Below, piece by piece: positions 41,314-51,633 of a stretch of 64,000 nucleotides of DNA; position 1 is the first letter of the stretch, and each line of letters opens with the position of its first letter. The notes below the pieces were generated by a model, which had not been told where the DNA came from, did no database searches, and saw only the letters and a program-made list of their open reading frames with translations. The DNA is from Vulcanimicrobiota bacterium (GTDB lineage: Bacteria; Vulcanimicrobiota; Xenobia; Xenobiales; JADMJV01): positions 288,001 to 352,000 of the forward strand of contig JBFWNU010000005.1 in assembly GCA_050250895.1 (NCBI GenBank), in the 5' to 3' direction. A program made the position numbers and the translations under genes.

Positions 41314-41766
41314 ATGCGAAAGATTCTCCTTTGTCTCCTCTGGCTGGCCGTTCCGGCTCTGGCTCAGCCCGACTTCAGTACGCCCGAGGCGGCTTACAAG
41401 ACTTATCTGGCTGCCTGCCAGGCGGCCAGCTTCGAGCAGGCCGACCTGTGTTACACCGCCTCATCGCGCGAAGAACTCAAGGCCAACCCCGAGTTCACCA
41501 AGAACCGCAAGCCCGAACAGTTGACGGGCACCTACGAGCGGCTCAAAGACCGCGGCTACACCATCGAGAAGGTCAACGAGAATCGCGCCATTCTGCACTG
41601 GCAGCCCGAAGACGAGAAAACGCCACCCCTCTACTTCCGTAAACAGAAGAAGGACGAGGGATGGCGTATCGATCTAGCCTTTATGAGCCGCTACATTCGT
41701 CAGAACGAGAACGGCTGGAGTTGGGCTTTTCCAAAGGCCGAGAGCCTCTGGCGCAAAGGAAACTAA
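41314..41766 (+). CDS. secreted hypothetical protein (NTF2-like)
   Basis: Signal peptide; STPEAAYKTYLAA..GWRID pattern. Confidence 0.65.
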   Translation: MRKILLCLLWLAVPALAQPDFSTPEAAYKTYLAACQAASFEQADLCYTASSREELKANPEFTKNRKPEQLTGTYERLKDRGYTIEKVNENRAILHWQPEDEKTPPLYFRKQKKDEGWRIDLAFMSRYIRQNENGWSWAFPKAESLWRKGN

Positions 41767-42269
41767 TTCCTCGACAAAGCGAGGCAGAGATTGAGCCGAT
41801 CTCCGGCCTGATCGCGACTCAGGCCCAGCACCAGGGCGATCTCTTGCTCGAGGTTCTGACGAACCCGGTCTCTGAGCGCCGCTTCTTGCTTGGAGAGACG
41901 TCCCCCGCCATCTTCGATCGCTTGGAGTTCGGCCAGGACCTGCCGCCGACAGCCGAATTCGCCGGTCCGCAAGAGCGAGGTCCACTTGCGAACGCGCAGG
42001 TGAGGCCGACCCTGAGGCACTTCGACCTCGAGCTGCTTTTCCAGCAGGGTCTGCATCAAGTCAGCGCTCATCAGAGGGCGAATGCCCTGGGATTCGAGCT
42101 GTTTTTCGGGCACTTTGACCAGGACTTTCTCTTCCTGGGTCTCAAGCACGAAAAAGCGATGACGTTGTCCGAGAATCTCGGACTCTTCGATGTTGAGCAC
42201 CTGGCAAACCCCTTGCAGGGGCACGCATGCCAGAGAGCCGGGTTCGAGTGTGACAGTCGTATTACTCAT
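41763..42269 (-). CDS. CarD family transcriptional regulator
   Basis: PLQGVCQVLNIEE..VKVP..GIRPL; C-terminal EIALVLG. Confidence 0.82.
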   Translation of the reverse strand: MSNTTVTLEPGSLACVPLQGVCQVLNIEESEILGQRHRFFVLETQEEKVLVKVPEKQLESQGIRPLMSADLMQTLLEKQLEVEVPQGRPHLRVRKWTSLLRTGEFGCRRQVLAELQAIEDGGGRLSKQEAALRDRVRQNLEQEIALVLGLSRDQAGDRLNLCLALSRN

Positions 42270-42543
42270 CGGATACCCCCCGGTGAAGCTGTGTGTGTCG
42301 AATGGTATCTCTCCTTCCAAATAGCCTCGCCACAGATCTAACCCAGGGAAATCGCAGGTCGGGGAACGGCCGGGGAATCGAGGGTGTGAGTGATCGCGGG
42401 GATGCTTCGAGGTTAATATTCGGTATGACACTCGAACATGCCTTCTTGCTTTGAAGGAAATTCAATTGTGATTTGGAATCCTCGGTTTTCTTCGAGCGCA
42501 GAGCCACAGAGGGTCGTGATTTCGCGGGGCCGAAGCTGCCTCG

Positions 42544-44526
42544 GTGAGGGTTCTTCTGCTATTGTTCTGTCTTTCGTTGAGCGCGCTGGCCGACGATTTC
42601 ACGGTGGAACGGGGTTGGATGACGATGGCCGACGGAGTGCGCCTGTCAACCACCGTCTTCCGCCCGACCACGCCAGGCCGCTACCCTGTTTTGCTCGAGC
42701 TTTTGCCCTATCGCAAAGACGACATGTTCTATCAGCGCGACTACCCGCTTTACAGTTACTTCGCCCGGCGCGGTTTCGTGGTGCTCAAGGTCGACGTGCG
42801 CGGGACCGGCTCGTCAGAAGGGATGCTGCCACCCCGCGAATACTCCGAGCAAGAGCTGCAAGACGCCGTCGAGGTGATCGATCAAGCCTCGAAGCTGCCC
42901 TACAGTAACGGCAAAGTCGGAATGTTCGGTATTTCCTGGAGCGGCTTCAACGCCATCCAGGTGGCCATGCGCAAGCCCCCAGCCCTGAAGGCCATTCTGG
43001 CGGTGGATGCCTCGGACGACCTTTATCACGATGATATCCACTATCTCGACGGTGTGCTTCACTTTGATGAATACCGGGTCTCGATCGATCACGACAACGC
43101 CTTGCCTGACAGCCTCGAGTATCGGGTCGATGAAGACTATTTCCGCAACCGTTTCGACCGCGAGCCGTGGGTCTTCGAGGTCATGCGTCAGCAAACGGAC
43201 GGGCCGTTCTGGCGCAAAGGTTCGTTGCGCTTTCACCAGCCGCTGACCATTCCCACCTATCTCATCGGCGGCCAGCTCGACTTCTATCGCGACAGCGTGC
43301 CCCGTATGCTCGAGTCGGCCACCGCTCCGATGTTGGCCGAGATCGGCCCCTGGAACCACGCCTGGCCCGACAACGGCGAGCCCGGTCCCAACTACGAGTG
43401 GCGGGCCAACCTGTGTCGCTGGTGGGCCCATTGGCTCAAGGACGAGGATAACGGCGCGCTCGACCGCCCCCGTCTGGCCGTCTTCGTGCGGGCCGGCCAC
43501 CCTCCCGATAGCGAGCTAAAGATGACCCCAGGCCGGTGGCGCTATGAAGACTGGCCCATCGAGCGCACTCGCTGGCGCCGTTTCTTTCCCACCCTCGACG
43601 GCCTGGCGGCCCAACCCTCGGCCGGCGAGCAGGCTCTGGCGTACCAGCCCGGTCGCGGCACCGGAGCCGGCCTGTGGTGGGGCGAGCCAACCGGTGATGT
43701 GGCTAAGGACGCCCAAGGAGCCCTGGTCTACGACAGTCCACCTCTGGGCGAGGCTCTCGAGATTGTCGGCCTGCCGCGGGTGGCTTTTCGGGCCGCCGTC
43801 GACGCCTCCGCCGCCAACTGGTCCGCCCGCCTGGAAGATGTTGGCCCCGATGGCCGCGTCTCGCTGGTCACGGGAGCCAACCTCAACGGCTCGCAGCGCG
43901 CTTCACGCCTTGATCCCACCGCGCTCACACCGGGTCGGTTCGAAAACTACGAACTTGAGCTGCACTTCACCAGCTGGACCTTCCAGCCCGGCCACCGCAT
44001 CCGCCTGGCCCTCTCTAACGCGCAGTTCCCGATGAGCTGGCCAGCCCCCCAGTTGACCGAGAGTCGCCTGGCTCTCGGCTCGGATACCTGGCTCGAACTT
44101 CCCGTCACCCCGCCCGTGGCTTGGCGCGAGCCTGACTTTCCTGCCCCCGAGCCGCGCGAAGAACGCAGCGACGCCCGCTGGCTCTCCGGAGGTTGGCCTG
44201 AGTCGCTGACCAGCGAGCGCCAGGGCGATGCTACTGTGGTGACCTGGAAGGGTGACGACCATTTCAAGATTCAGGACCGCCGCTACGACCTGACCCAGCA
44301 GATCGTGTGGAAGACCCCTCAGAGCGACCCGGCCCACTCGTCGCTGTCGGCCGAAGCTGACCGGCTCATCACCTTTCCTGACCGCAGCTTGCGCCTGCGA
44401 GCCGAGCTCCGCATCCAATCGGATGTGACCGACTTCGATGTCTACTACCGCCGCCGCCTCGATGTCGACGGCCAGAAAGTGAGAGAGAAAGAATGGCACC
44501 AGAAAATACCCAGACGCTTTCAATGA
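42544..44526 (+). CDS. CocE/NonD family hydrolase
   Basis: MADGVRL, LPYRKDD, DVRGTGSSEG, GISWSG, IGPWNH. Confidence 0.93.
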   Translation: MRVLLLLFCLSLSALADDFTVERGWMTMADGVRLSTTVFRPTTPGRYPVLLELLPYRKDDMFYQRDYPLYSYFARRGFVVLKVDVRGTGSSEGMLPPREYSEQELQDAVEVIDQASKLPYSNGKVGMFGISWSGFNAIQVAMRKPPALKAILAVDASDDLYHDDIHYLDGVLHFDEYRVSIDHDNALPDSLEYRVDEDYFRNRFDREPWVFEVMRQQTDGPFWRKGSLRFHQPLTIPTYLIGGQLDFYRDSVPRMLESATAPMLAEIGPWNHAWPDNGEPGPNYEWRANLCRWWAHWLKDEDNGALDRPRLAVFVRAGHPPDSELKMTPGRWRYEDWPIERTRWRRFFPTLDGLAAQPSAGEQALAYQPGRGTGAGLWWGEPTGDVAKDAQGALVYDSPPLGEALEIVGLPRVAFRAAVDASAANWSARLEDVGPDGRVSLVTGANLNGSQRASRLDPTALTPGRFENYELELHFTSWTFQPGHRIRLALSNAQFPMSWPAPQLTESRLALGSDTWLELPVTPPVAWREPDFPAPEPREERSDARWLSGGWPESLTSERQGDATVVTWKGDDHFKIQDRRYDLTQQIVWKTPQSDPAHSSLSAEADRLITFPDRSLRLRAELRIQSDVTDFDVYYRRRLDVDGQKVREKEWHQKIPRRFQ

Positions 44527-45170
44527 TCGATCTCAGCCACACCATCGAGCACGGCATGATCACCTACAAGGGCCTGCCGGCGCCGCTGATTTGCGACTTT
44601 CTCTCGCGAGAGGCCTCACGCCAGCTGTATGACCCGGGCACCGAATTCCACATCGGCAAGCTCGAGATGGTGGCTAACACGGGCACCTATCTCGACTCGC
44701 CCTTCCATCGCTACCCCGACGGACGCGATCTCTCGCAACTCGAACTCGATAGCCTGGCCAACCTGCCGGGCCTGGTGGTGCGGGTCGACCCCGAGCAGCG
44801 TTCACTCGGTCCTGAGTTGTTCGCGGGTCTGGATTTGCGCGGCAAAGCGGTGCTGGTAGCCACCGACTGGAGCCGCCATTGGCGCACCGATGCCTACTTC
44901 GAGGGCCACCCTTTTCTCACCGAGGCGGCCGCCCAGGCCCTGCGCGAGGGCGGAGCGCGCCTGGTAGGTATCGACTCCTACAACATCGACGACACCAGCG
45001 GTCGCAGCCGTCCATGCCACTCGGTATTACTCGCTCATAACATCCCCATCGTCGAGCACATGACCGGGCTTTCGGCGCTCCCCGAGGCCGGCTTTCGCTT
45101 CTTCGCCGTGCCCCCCAAGGTCAAGGATTTTGGGACTTTTCCCGTGCGCGCCTTCGGCTTGTTGGACTAA
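44523..45170 (+). CDS. cyclase family protein (kynurenine formamidase-like)
   Basis: DLSHTI, NTGTYLDSPFH, VGIDS, PIVEH, FPVRA. Confidence 0.9.
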   Translation: MIDLSHTIEHGMITYKGLPAPLICDFLSREASRQLYDPGTEFHIGKLEMVANTGTYLDSPFHRYPDGRDLSQLELDSLANLPGLVVRVDPEQRSLGPELFAGLDLRGKAVLVATDWSRHWRTDAYFEGHPFLTEAAAQALREGGARLVGIDSYNIDDTSGRSRPCHSVLLAHNIPIVEHMTGLSALPEAGFRFFAVPPKVKDFGTFPVRAFGLLD

Positions 45171-45188
45171 GGACCCATCCAGACGCCG

Positions 45189-46058
45189 CTAACCCCAGAA
45201 GCGCTGCAGCGTTTCCCTGGCCTCGGTCGACCCCAGGTCGGCCTGCTCGGCCAGAAACTCGCGGGCGGCCTCCAGGCGAGTGATGGCGATCGCTTCCAAC
45301 AGAGCTCGCCGATCCTCCGGCTGGGCCAGACGAGGATGCAGCTCGAGCAGCAGTGCCAGCGACTCGGTCCGGCGGGATTCGCCCAGAGCCAGCAGGGCCA
45401 TCGGCCAGACCGGGTCGGCGGGAGAGGTGAGGAAGTAGGAGCGGATATAGTCCACTGCTCTGGCTCCGCCCAGGGCAAAGAGCCCGGTCAAGCACTCCAG
45501 GGCCACCTCGCCGACCTCTTCACCCCGCAGCAAATGCGAGAGCAATAAAGCTGCTCCCTGGGTTTCGCCGTTCTCGACCACGGCTCGGGCCGCATAGCTG
45601 CGGGCCACCGGCTCAGGGTCGGCCAGCAGAATGGCCAGGTCTTCGAGCACGTCGCGGCGGTGACTGCGGACCAGACCGACCGCGCACAGCCCGCGCACCT
45701 CGGCGGCCGTATCCACGGGGCCACCGTAGGCCGCCTCGATCTGTCGCAGGCGCACGCCCCGGGCGTAGAGTTGTTGCTCGGAGACTTCCAGTTCACACAG
45801 CGCCCGTGCCAGCGCGGTCTTGGCTTCACAACCTTTGTCAGCATTGGCATCGAGGTCGAACAGGCGGGTCAGGGTGGTGACCAGATTGGGGGCCAGGGCC
45901 TGAAGTCGATGCTGCTCGATCTTCTTGGCCGCCCGGGCCACTACCAGGTTAGATTTGTGGGATAGGGCTTCGAGCAGCGCTTGCTCGCCCTCGGGTGAAC
46001 GAAGGTCGAGTTTGCTCAGGCGCTCGAGGGCGTCTCGGGTGGGGTCGCGTTTGGCCAT
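45189..46058 (-). CDS. HEAT-repeat protein
   Basis: Helical repeats (LLADPEPVAR, ALLALGESR). Confidence 0.75.
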   Translation of the reverse strand: MAKRDPTRDALERLSKLDLRSPEGEQALLEALSHKSNLVVARAAKKIEQHRLQALAPNLVTTLTRLFDLDANADKGCEAKTALARALCELEVSEQQLYARGVRLRQIEAAYGGPVDTAAEVRGLCAVGLVRSHRRDVLEDLAILLADPEPVARSYAARAVVENGETQGAALLLSHLLRGEEVGEVALECLTGLFALGGARAVDYIRSYFLTSPADPVWPMALLALGESRRTESLALLLELHPRLAQPEDRRALLEAIAITRLEAAREFLAEQADLGSTEARETLQRFWG

Positions 46059-46399
46059 TGGGTTGGCTTCAAGAAAGGCGCCGGCGCTCCTACGAGGGTT
46101 GCACTGCCCGCAGTAGTCAGCTGCCGCATGGCTTGGCGCTGGTCAGTCCGGGGTAAGAGGTTCGTAGTGACGGGCAGACGTGTACTTTCCCTTGGGGCTG
46201 GCGGGGGTACTTCAGAGAGCACGATAGGTTCTTCCAAGAGCGGATCGCGCAAGTCTAGACTGCAGTATAACCAAGAAGGGGAATTCAAATATGTCGGCTG
46301 AACCATCAAATGACAGCACCTTGTTTCGGGAGGCCTGAGCCTGCCGGGACGGATTATCGCAATTGGGCACCAGACCGCGCCGCGGGCTGGTCGTGAAAG

Positions 46400-47311
46400 A
46401 TGACCTCGAAGCCTTTGCTCCAAACCGCAGAGTCCCCTCCCGAAGTGGTGGAGGAAGCTCCCACCGAACATCCCCACCCTCCCCACCCCTGGGACCCGGC
46501 CGCCGCCGCCATCTTGCTGATGGTGCATCTCGGCTGCCTGCTGGCCCCGTTTACCTTCAGTTGGTCCGGCCTGGGGGTGTGCATCTTGCTGTACTGGCTC
46601 ACCGCCATGGGAGTCACACTGGGATATCATCGCCTGCTGACCCACCGCAGCTTCAAAACCTTCCGGCCGCTGGAATATTTCATCACCTTCTGGGCCCTGC
46701 AAGCCTGTCAGGGGGGGCCGGCCACCTGGGCCGCGGTTCATCGACTCCACCATAAGCACTCTGACGAAGAAGGGGACCCCCACGGAGCCGATGTCGGCTT
46801 CTGGTGGTCTCACCTGGGGTGGATGCTGGTCCGTCCTCCCTGCGCCACGGACCCTAGCATCAAGAGCAGGATGGCCCCCGACCTGCTAAAAGATCCTGTC
46901 TACCGCTTCGCGGACAAGTACTACCTCGCGCTGGTGATCTTGTTTGGTGTGTTTTTGCTGTCGGTCGGGGGGCTGAGCTGGCTGGTCTACGGCATGTTCT
47001 TGCGCCTGACTCTGGTCTATCACGCTACCTGGCTGGTTAACAGCGCTTCCCACAAATACGGCTATCGCAGCTATCCCACCAACGATCTTTCCACTAACTG
47101 CTGGTGGGTTGCGCTGGTAAGCTTCGGCGAGGGATGGCACAACAACCATCACGCTTTCCCTCATTCGGCCAGGCATGGACTGCGCTGGTGGGAGTTCGAC
47201 GCCACCTACGCCGCCATCTTGCTGATGGAGAGAGTGGGTCTGGCCTGGAACGTGCGACGTCCCAAGCCCGGAGTCACTGCGGCGCCCTCCATTGGCGAAC
47301 CCACGGGCTGA
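46400..47311 (+). CDS. acyl-lipid/acyl-CoA delta-9 desaturase
   Basis: His boxes HRLLTH, HRLHH, GEGWHNNHH. Confidence 0.95.
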   Translation: MTSKPLLQTAESPPEVVEEAPTEHPHPPHPWDPAAAAILLMVHLGCLLAPFTFSWSGLGVCILLYWLTAMGVTLGYHRLLTHRSFKTFRPLEYFITFWALQACQGGPATWAAVHRLHHKHSDEEGDPHGADVGFWWSHLGWMLVRPPCATDPSIKSRMAPDLLKDPVYRFADKYYLALVILFGVFLLSVGGLSWLVYGMFLRLTLVYHATWLVNSASHKYGYRSYPTNDLSTNCWWVALVSFGEGWHNNHHAFPHSARHGLRWWEFDATYAAILLMERVGLAWNVRRPKPGVTAAPSIGEPTG

Positions 47312-47424
47312 ATCTCTTCATTTGGTTACCACCAGGCGTACCACCATACCTTCTTCAGGTATCGGCAGGTCTAGCCCGTAGCGGCGGGGACCATTACACT
47401 GATGAAGACCAGGAGGATACAGCA

Positions 47425-47814
47425 ATGCAGTTCGAACTCAACACTGATAACCACGTGAACGGCAGCCAGGCATTGAACCGTCACGTCGGGCGCCTCGTCG
47501 AGTCTAAATTGGGGCGTTTCGGGGATCGCGTGACCCGGGTGGAGGTCCAACTCGGGGCCGAAGATGGCAGCCCAAAGTCCCGTTTGACCCGATGTGTGAT
47601 GGAGGCCCGTTTGGCGGGTTTCGAGGCAATCGCGGTGACTCACCAGGCCGAGTCGGTGGACCAGGCCCTCCGGGGGGCCGCCGACAAGCTGGAGAGGACG
47701 CTAGGTCGAACTATGGGCCGGCTCCAATACGTCAAGGGACGCACCCCACCCTACAGCGGGTTTAGTACCGACGATCGGGTCGAGGACGAGCCCAACGCCG
47801 CCGACCAGGTTTGA
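47425..47814 (+). CDS. HPF/RaiA family ribosome-associated protein
   Basis: AGGAGG SD; MQFELNTDNH..RFGDRVTRVEV..RCVMEARLAG..A.DKL. Confidence 0.85.
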   Translation: MQFELNTDNHVNGSQALNRHVGRLVESKLGRFGDRVTRVEVQLGAEDGSPKSRLTRCVMEARLAGFEAIAVTHQAESVDQALRGAADKLERTLGRTMGRLQYVKGRTPPYSGFSTDDRVEDEPNAADQV

Positions 47815-48203
47815 CCCGTCCTGACGCGGAGTATCCTGGCGAGAGTACTCGCGTACTCTCGAGCGGTTACCGTCGGGACTGGTTCAATGACCGTGGCCCC
47901 GTCATACTGGAACAGATACTCGTTGATTGGAAGATCATCTTGCTCGACAAGGCAGAATCACAACAGCTCTCCCAGTGGCTCGATCGAGCTTATCGCAAAC
48001 AGTTGCCTCCCAACTTGATGGAGTTGAAGAAGCAACGGGACGAGGCCGAAGCCGCCGTCGGAGAAATGGAGTTGCCCGCCGAGACCCGCCGGGCGATGGA
48101 GCTGTTTTTGGCCTTGCATCAGGCCGACACCAGGTTGCTGTACGGAGTGGTGGAGTCGCTCTTCAAGCGCCACCTACGAGGACATCATAAGCCTGGGCAA
48201 TAG
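47811..48203 (+). CDS. hypothetical protein
   Basis: ORF overlapping previous stop; helical composition. Confidence 0.45.
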   Translation: MTRPDAEYPGESTRVLSSGYRRDWFNDRGPVILEQILVDWKIILLDKAESQQLSQWLDRAYRKQLPPNLMELKKQRDEAEAAVGEMELPAETRRAMELFLALHQADTRLLYGVVESLFKRHLRGHHKPGQ

Positions 48204-48299
48204 GCTTTCCTCAGGGTGTCAGTGGCCAAAACACCGGAATCAACAGTATCGCTATCAGCCAGCACAATAGGTTGAGCGGTACGCCCACTCGGAGGAAGT

Positions 48300-48900
48300 C
48301 CGAGAAACGATAGTGCCCCGGTCCGAAGATCGGCGGCCGTGGCCAGGTTCGAGATCAGTTCGGTCAAGACCATTGTGAGAAGGTAGAGCCCAGCCAGGAC
48401 CGCGATAGGTCCGGAGGCTGCCAGTGTGCTCGCCACCGTTGTGGCCGCTCTCGGCTATTCCGGTTTTCTCGAGAGCGGTCCCCAGGCTCAGGGCTCCGGC
48501 CAGCAGAAACAGCACTTTGAGGTCCAGGGCGCGGTAGGCCTCGCTCAGGGTCAGGCAGCCCGACAGGACCATGATCAGGGCCCCGGTGATAGCGGCGACC
48601 TCGATCGAAGCAGCTCCCAGTGCGGCCGCTAGCACGACGCCGGCGAAGACGGCTACCGCCAGAGGGGCCCTCCGACGCCGATACCAGGATGCATCCATCT
48701 CATTGAGCAACACAAAGGACGGATCACTCTTGAGGATGTCGAGTCGCTCCCGGCTGGCCTCGATTAGAAGACCGTCTCCGGCTCGCAGTAAGATACTGCC
48801 CAGATTCTCGTGGACCAGCTTGTCTCGCTGACGGATGGCGATGGCGGTGGCTCCGTAGCGGGCCCGACGGAGACACCGTGGGTGTGGGATGATTTGCTCT
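48300..48900 (-). pseudogene. fragment of SLC13/TrkA-C domain permease
   Basis: TrkA-C end plus TM helices (VLSGCLTLSEAYRAL..LSLGTALEKTG), continuing in another frame ([17 protein letters not shown]); N- and C-termini missing; ends approximate. Confidence 0.75.
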
Positions 48901-49191
48901 CGGATGAGCGATGGGGGGTCCAGGGCATCGTCCTCCCGGACTGAACTGGCCCCAGACTTCGGCCCGCTCTGGTGGGACACCAAATCGAGGACATTTCTTC
49001 GAGTTTCGCGCTCGGCATTCTTGACTTTCGCATAGTCCCCCCTCTGAGGTCTATCTCAAGCGTCCGCCCGGGGTCCCTGCTGTCTGTCCTCGCCTGCAAG
49101 GATCGCAATACTCAGTTTGCCTTGATCCGCGCCTGGCAGCCGCGCCGAGCCTCGACGAGGGTTGTAGCGGGTGGGCGGCGTAGCCAGGGAT

Positions 49192-50163
49192 ATGCGCGTC
49201 TTTGTCACCGGAGCCACCGGCCTGCTTGGCTCCAACCTCTGCCATCTGCTAGTCGAGAAAGGCCACGAGGTCGTCGCCCTGGTGCGCGACCCCGACAAGG
49301 CTCGCCAGCAGCTGCCCGCGAGCACCCACTTCGTGGTGGGCGATCTGGAGGGCATCGCAGCCGTGGAAGACGACCTGGGCGCTTGCGAGGGTGTGGTTCA
49401 CTGCGCCGCCTACTTCCGCGAGTATTACAAGCGTGGCAACCACTGGCCCAAGCTCGAGCGACTCAATGTCGAGGCCACCATGCAACTGGCCGAGATGGCC
49501 TATCGCCACGGCGTCAAGCGGTTCGTGCACATCAGCTCGAGCGGCACGGTGGGCGATCCCGGCGACGAGAGCGCTCCCCCCGGGCCCGAGGTCGAGCACA
49601 ACCTCTATTTCAAGAGCAAGGTGCTGGCCGACCGCCGCCTGGCCGAGTGGCCCCATAGCGACGAGGTCGGTTTGGTGACGGTTCTGCCGGGTTGGATGTT
49701 CGGCCCCCGCGACGCCGCTCCCACCGGGTCGGGCCAACTGGTTCGCGATTTTCTGGCCGGTCAGTTGCCGGCTGTGCCACCCGGTGGCACGACCGTGGTC
49801 GACGCCCGCGACGTGGCCGACGCCATCGTGCGAGTGCTCGAGCAAGATACGCCTTCTGACCGCTACATCGTGGCCGGCCGCCCGGCCACCCTGCGCGAGA
49901 TCGCCGACGGCCTCGAGCGGGTCTCGGGCAAGCCAGCCCCTCGTTTGAATCTGCCCTATCTGGTGGCGCTGATTCTGGCTACCATCCTCGAGTTGGTAGC
50001 CCGCCTGTTTGACAAGGACCCCTTGATGACCCGTTCGGCCGTCAAGACCATGGCTCACAACCGGCATCACTACTCGCGCCGGGCCGAGCGCGAACTGGGC
50101 GTCGAGTTTCGACCCCTCGACGAGACCTTGCGCGACTGCGTGGAGTGGGCCCGCGCCCATTAG
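49192..50163 (+). CDS. NAD-dependent epimerase/dehydratase (dihydroflavonol reductase-like SDR)
   Basis: VTGATGLLG, YFKSK, PGWMFGP, VDARDVA. Confidence 0.93.
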   Translation: MRVFVTGATGLLGSNLCHLLVEKGHEVVALVRDPDKARQQLPASTHFVVGDLEGIAAVEDDLGACEGVVHCAAYFREYYKRGNHWPKLERLNVEATMQLAEMAYRHGVKRFVHISSSGTVGDPGDESAPPGPEVEHNLYFKSKVLADRRLAEWPHSDEVGLVTVLPGWMFGPRDAAPTGSGQLVRDFLAGQLPAVPPGGTTVVDARDVADAIVRVLEQDTPSDRYIVAGRPATLREIADGLERVSGKPAPRLNLPYLVALILATILELVARLFDKDPLMTRSAVKTMAHNRHHYSRRAERELGVEFRPLDETLRDCVEWARAH

Positions 50164-50176
50164 ACCGCCACGATGA

Positions 50177-50191
50177 GACCCGCCCGGGTCA
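50177..50191. repeat. palindrome P, degenerate copy (GACCCGCCCGGGTCA)
   Basis: Variant of TGACCCGCGCGGGTCA just downstream of the epimerase stop. Confidence 0.7.
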
Positions 50192-50404
50192 ATCGACACC
50201 TCGGGAGGCGAACTCGGCTGGTAATCGTGGGGTGGCGGTGAGAACCAGCCCTCTCGCAGCTGACCACAGTTGTAACAGACCAGGCTGTGACGATCGCCCA
50301 GGCACTCAGCGGCCGCGAGCGATGAGACCCCGGTCCACTTGGCGGGGTCTGCCTGGCCTGGGTGTCCATGCGCGTCCAGGCTCGCGACGTGCTATGCTGT
50401 GGGC

Positions 50405-50809
50405 ATGTCCGTATTGGAGAGGATGGTCCACGCCGTGGAAAAAGTGCGTCAGAGGCTGCGCCGAGCGAGCCAGGCGCTCGACGACGCGCAAGTGCACTAT
50501 GCCGTGGTGGGAGGCAACGCCGTGGCCGCCTGGGTTGCGAGTATCGACGAGGGGGCCGTTCGGCGAGAAGGTGCGTCCTGAGTATGTAGAGCCGACTCCC
50601 TCGGTTGAAGAGGCCGAGCGACTGGGGGAGATTACAGTCCTCGGTCTGGCAGCGCTGGTGCGCATGAAGTTGACCTCCTTTCGCGATAAGGATCGGACCC
50701 ATCTGCGAGATCTCATTGAGGTGGGCTTGAGAGGAGAGGGTTGGCCCAGCCGCCTCCCGTCTCCTTAGGCGAGCGCTTGCAGGCTCTGCTCGACGACCCC
50801 CACGGCTAG
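50405..50809 (+). pseudogene. nucleotidyltransferase family gene with internal deletion and frameshifts
   Basis: N-part YAVVGGNAVAAWV..AVR joined out of frame to C-part GEKVRPEY..MKLTSFRDKDRTHLRDL; the DxD region expected between them is absent. Confidence 0.8.
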
Positions 50810-50865
50810 CCAACGGGAACTTTCCCAAACCCAGGCTTCGCCAGACGACTCCAGAAGAGGTAGGG

Positions 50866-51606
50866 ATGGGCGAGCACAAGAAGACGACCTACGATATCCC
50901 CGTCGAGTCGGAATCGGCCGAGTCCCTGGTCGAGACTACGCGTGAAACCGAGCGCCTGGCGGGTGGTCAGATTCTCGAGGAGACGCGTCCCGGATTTCTC
51001 GAGCTTGCCGTCGATGCCTACGCCTATGCCGAGGAGCTGATCGATCAGGCTGCCAAACGCTACTACCCGCCGCTGGCTTGCTCGCAAGGGTGCAGTTATT
51101 GCTGCCATCTGCCGGTGAGCGTGTCGGTGGCCGAGGTGGTGGCCGTGCTCGACTACGTCCAGGAGAACTTCTCCGCTGACGAACGCGAAGCCTTGCGCCA
51201 GCGCGTGGCCCAACGCTACCAGGAGGTGGTGGAGTTGAGCGACCAGGAGCGAAAGCACACCAACATTCGCTGTCCGCTGCTCGACGAGGCCGGTCGCTGC
51301 TCGGTGTATCCGGTTCGCCCACTAGCCTGTCGAGGGTTCAATTCCACCGACTTAGAGGCTTGCCGTCAGCGCTTCGAACATCCCGAACTCGACCTCTCCA
51401 ATCCGGCCTTCGGCTACAACGTCCAGGCCGCGCTCGGGGTCGCGCAAGGTGTTCAGCAAGCCCTGCAAGACGCTGGCCTCGAGCCTATCGAACTCGACCT
51501 GATCAGAGCCCTTCGCCTCTTCTGGAGTGACCCCCAACGAGTGCTGAAGAAGTGGCGCAAGCGAGGGCGCCGAGCCATCAAGGCGGCCCAGCGCTCTGAC
51601 CTTTGA
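50866..51606 (+). CDS. YkgJ family cysteine cluster protein
   Basis: CSQGCSYCC..CPLL..CSVYPVRPLACR. Confidence 0.88.
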   Translation: MGEHKKTTYDIPVESESAESLVETTRETERLAGGQILEETRPGFLELAVDAYAYAEELIDQAAKRYYPPLACSQGCSYCCHLPVSVSVAEVVAVLDYVQENFSADEREALRQRVAQRYQEVVELSDQERKHTNIRCPLLDEAGRCSVYPVRPLACRGFNSTDLEACRQRFEHPELDLSNPAFGYNVQAALGVAQGVQQALQDAGLEPIELDLIRALRLFWSDPQRVLKKWRKRGRRAIKAAQRSDL

Positions 51607-51617
51607 GCGCCCCGCGG

Positions 51618-51632
51618 GACCCGCGCGGGTCA
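51618..51632. repeat. palindrome P (GACCCGCGCGGGTCA)
   Basis: Read directly; lies between convergent stops. Confidence 0.9.
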
Positions 51633-51633
51633 A

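Noticed and set aside
42270-46399. Possible riboswitch or ncRNA in intergenic gaps 42270-42543 and 46059-46399
   Set aside because: No recognisable Rfam-type consensus by eye; an Infernal search would be needed.
50320-50336. cgatgagaccc repeated from 50171, possible collapsed P copy
   Set aside because: Only an 11-bp match and no full palindrome; too weak to count.
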